Below, piece by piece: positions 48,595 through 48,610 of a DNA stretch of 48,610 nucleotides. This DNA is from Methanosarcinales archaeon (lineage in GTDB: Archaea > Halobacteriota > Methanosarcinia > Methanosarcinales > Methanocomedenaceae): the NCBI GenBank assembly GCA_014859725.1, contig JACUTQ010000002.1, forward strand, positions 1 through 48,610, given 5' to 3'. The notes beneath the pieces were generated by a model. The model saw nothing but the letters and a program-made list of their open reading frames with translations. It was not told the DNA's origin and did not search any database. The number at the start of each line of letters is the position of its first letter. The first letter of the stretch is position 1. The translations under genes and the position numbers were made by a program.

Positions 48595-48610
48595 ATTCGC
48601 ATCAGCAAAA

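Overview
This 48.6-kb window looks like a chromosomal segment from a Methanosarcinales-type methanogenic or methanotrophic archaeon. The assignment rests on mer next to an FpoF-like gene, the COG1900/NIL-ferredoxin homocysteine genes, an archaeal ThrRS with an N-terminal editing domain, ABCE1, archaeosortase A, a cupin-type PGI, and frequent TTG/GTG starts behind GGAGG-type ribosome-binding sites. Coding density is high and most genes are housekeeping: dut, uppS, nfi, nadM, mer, fpoF, tlyA, thrS, tRNA-Pro, cbiMNQO, pckG, pgk, argB and ABCE1. Eight things are not ordinary housekeeping. (1) The 5' half of a group II intron runs off the left edge, next to a Zn-ribbon/SWIM gene pair. (2) An artA-psd-pssA envelope-anchoring cluster lies at 7.3-9.6 kb. 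(3) The cbiMNQO operon has a long-tailed CbiO and a perfect 16-bp palindrome next to the cbiM ribosome-binding site. It also has an unclassified GC-rich structured RNA-like element of about 210-250 nt further upstream. (4) A small accessory patch at 26.1-27.9 kb holds a DUF-like protein, a GNAT-thioredoxin fusion and a PD-(D/E)xK-like protein. (5) A CcsA-type cytochrome c maturation gene has no canonical partner. (6) A HerA-like ATPase has no nuclease partner. (7) A translationally coupled five-gene surface-protein operon sits at the right edge, with two PGF-CTERM proteins that are candidate ArtA substrates. This operon is my best candidate for an undescribed system. (8) At least four ORFs, possibly six, are interrupted at short homopolymer or dinucleotide runs, which may be assembly error rather than biology. 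I saw no CRISPR array, rRNA, prophage or recognisable defence island. All domain calls come from reading the translations and recalling family motifs. No database search was run.
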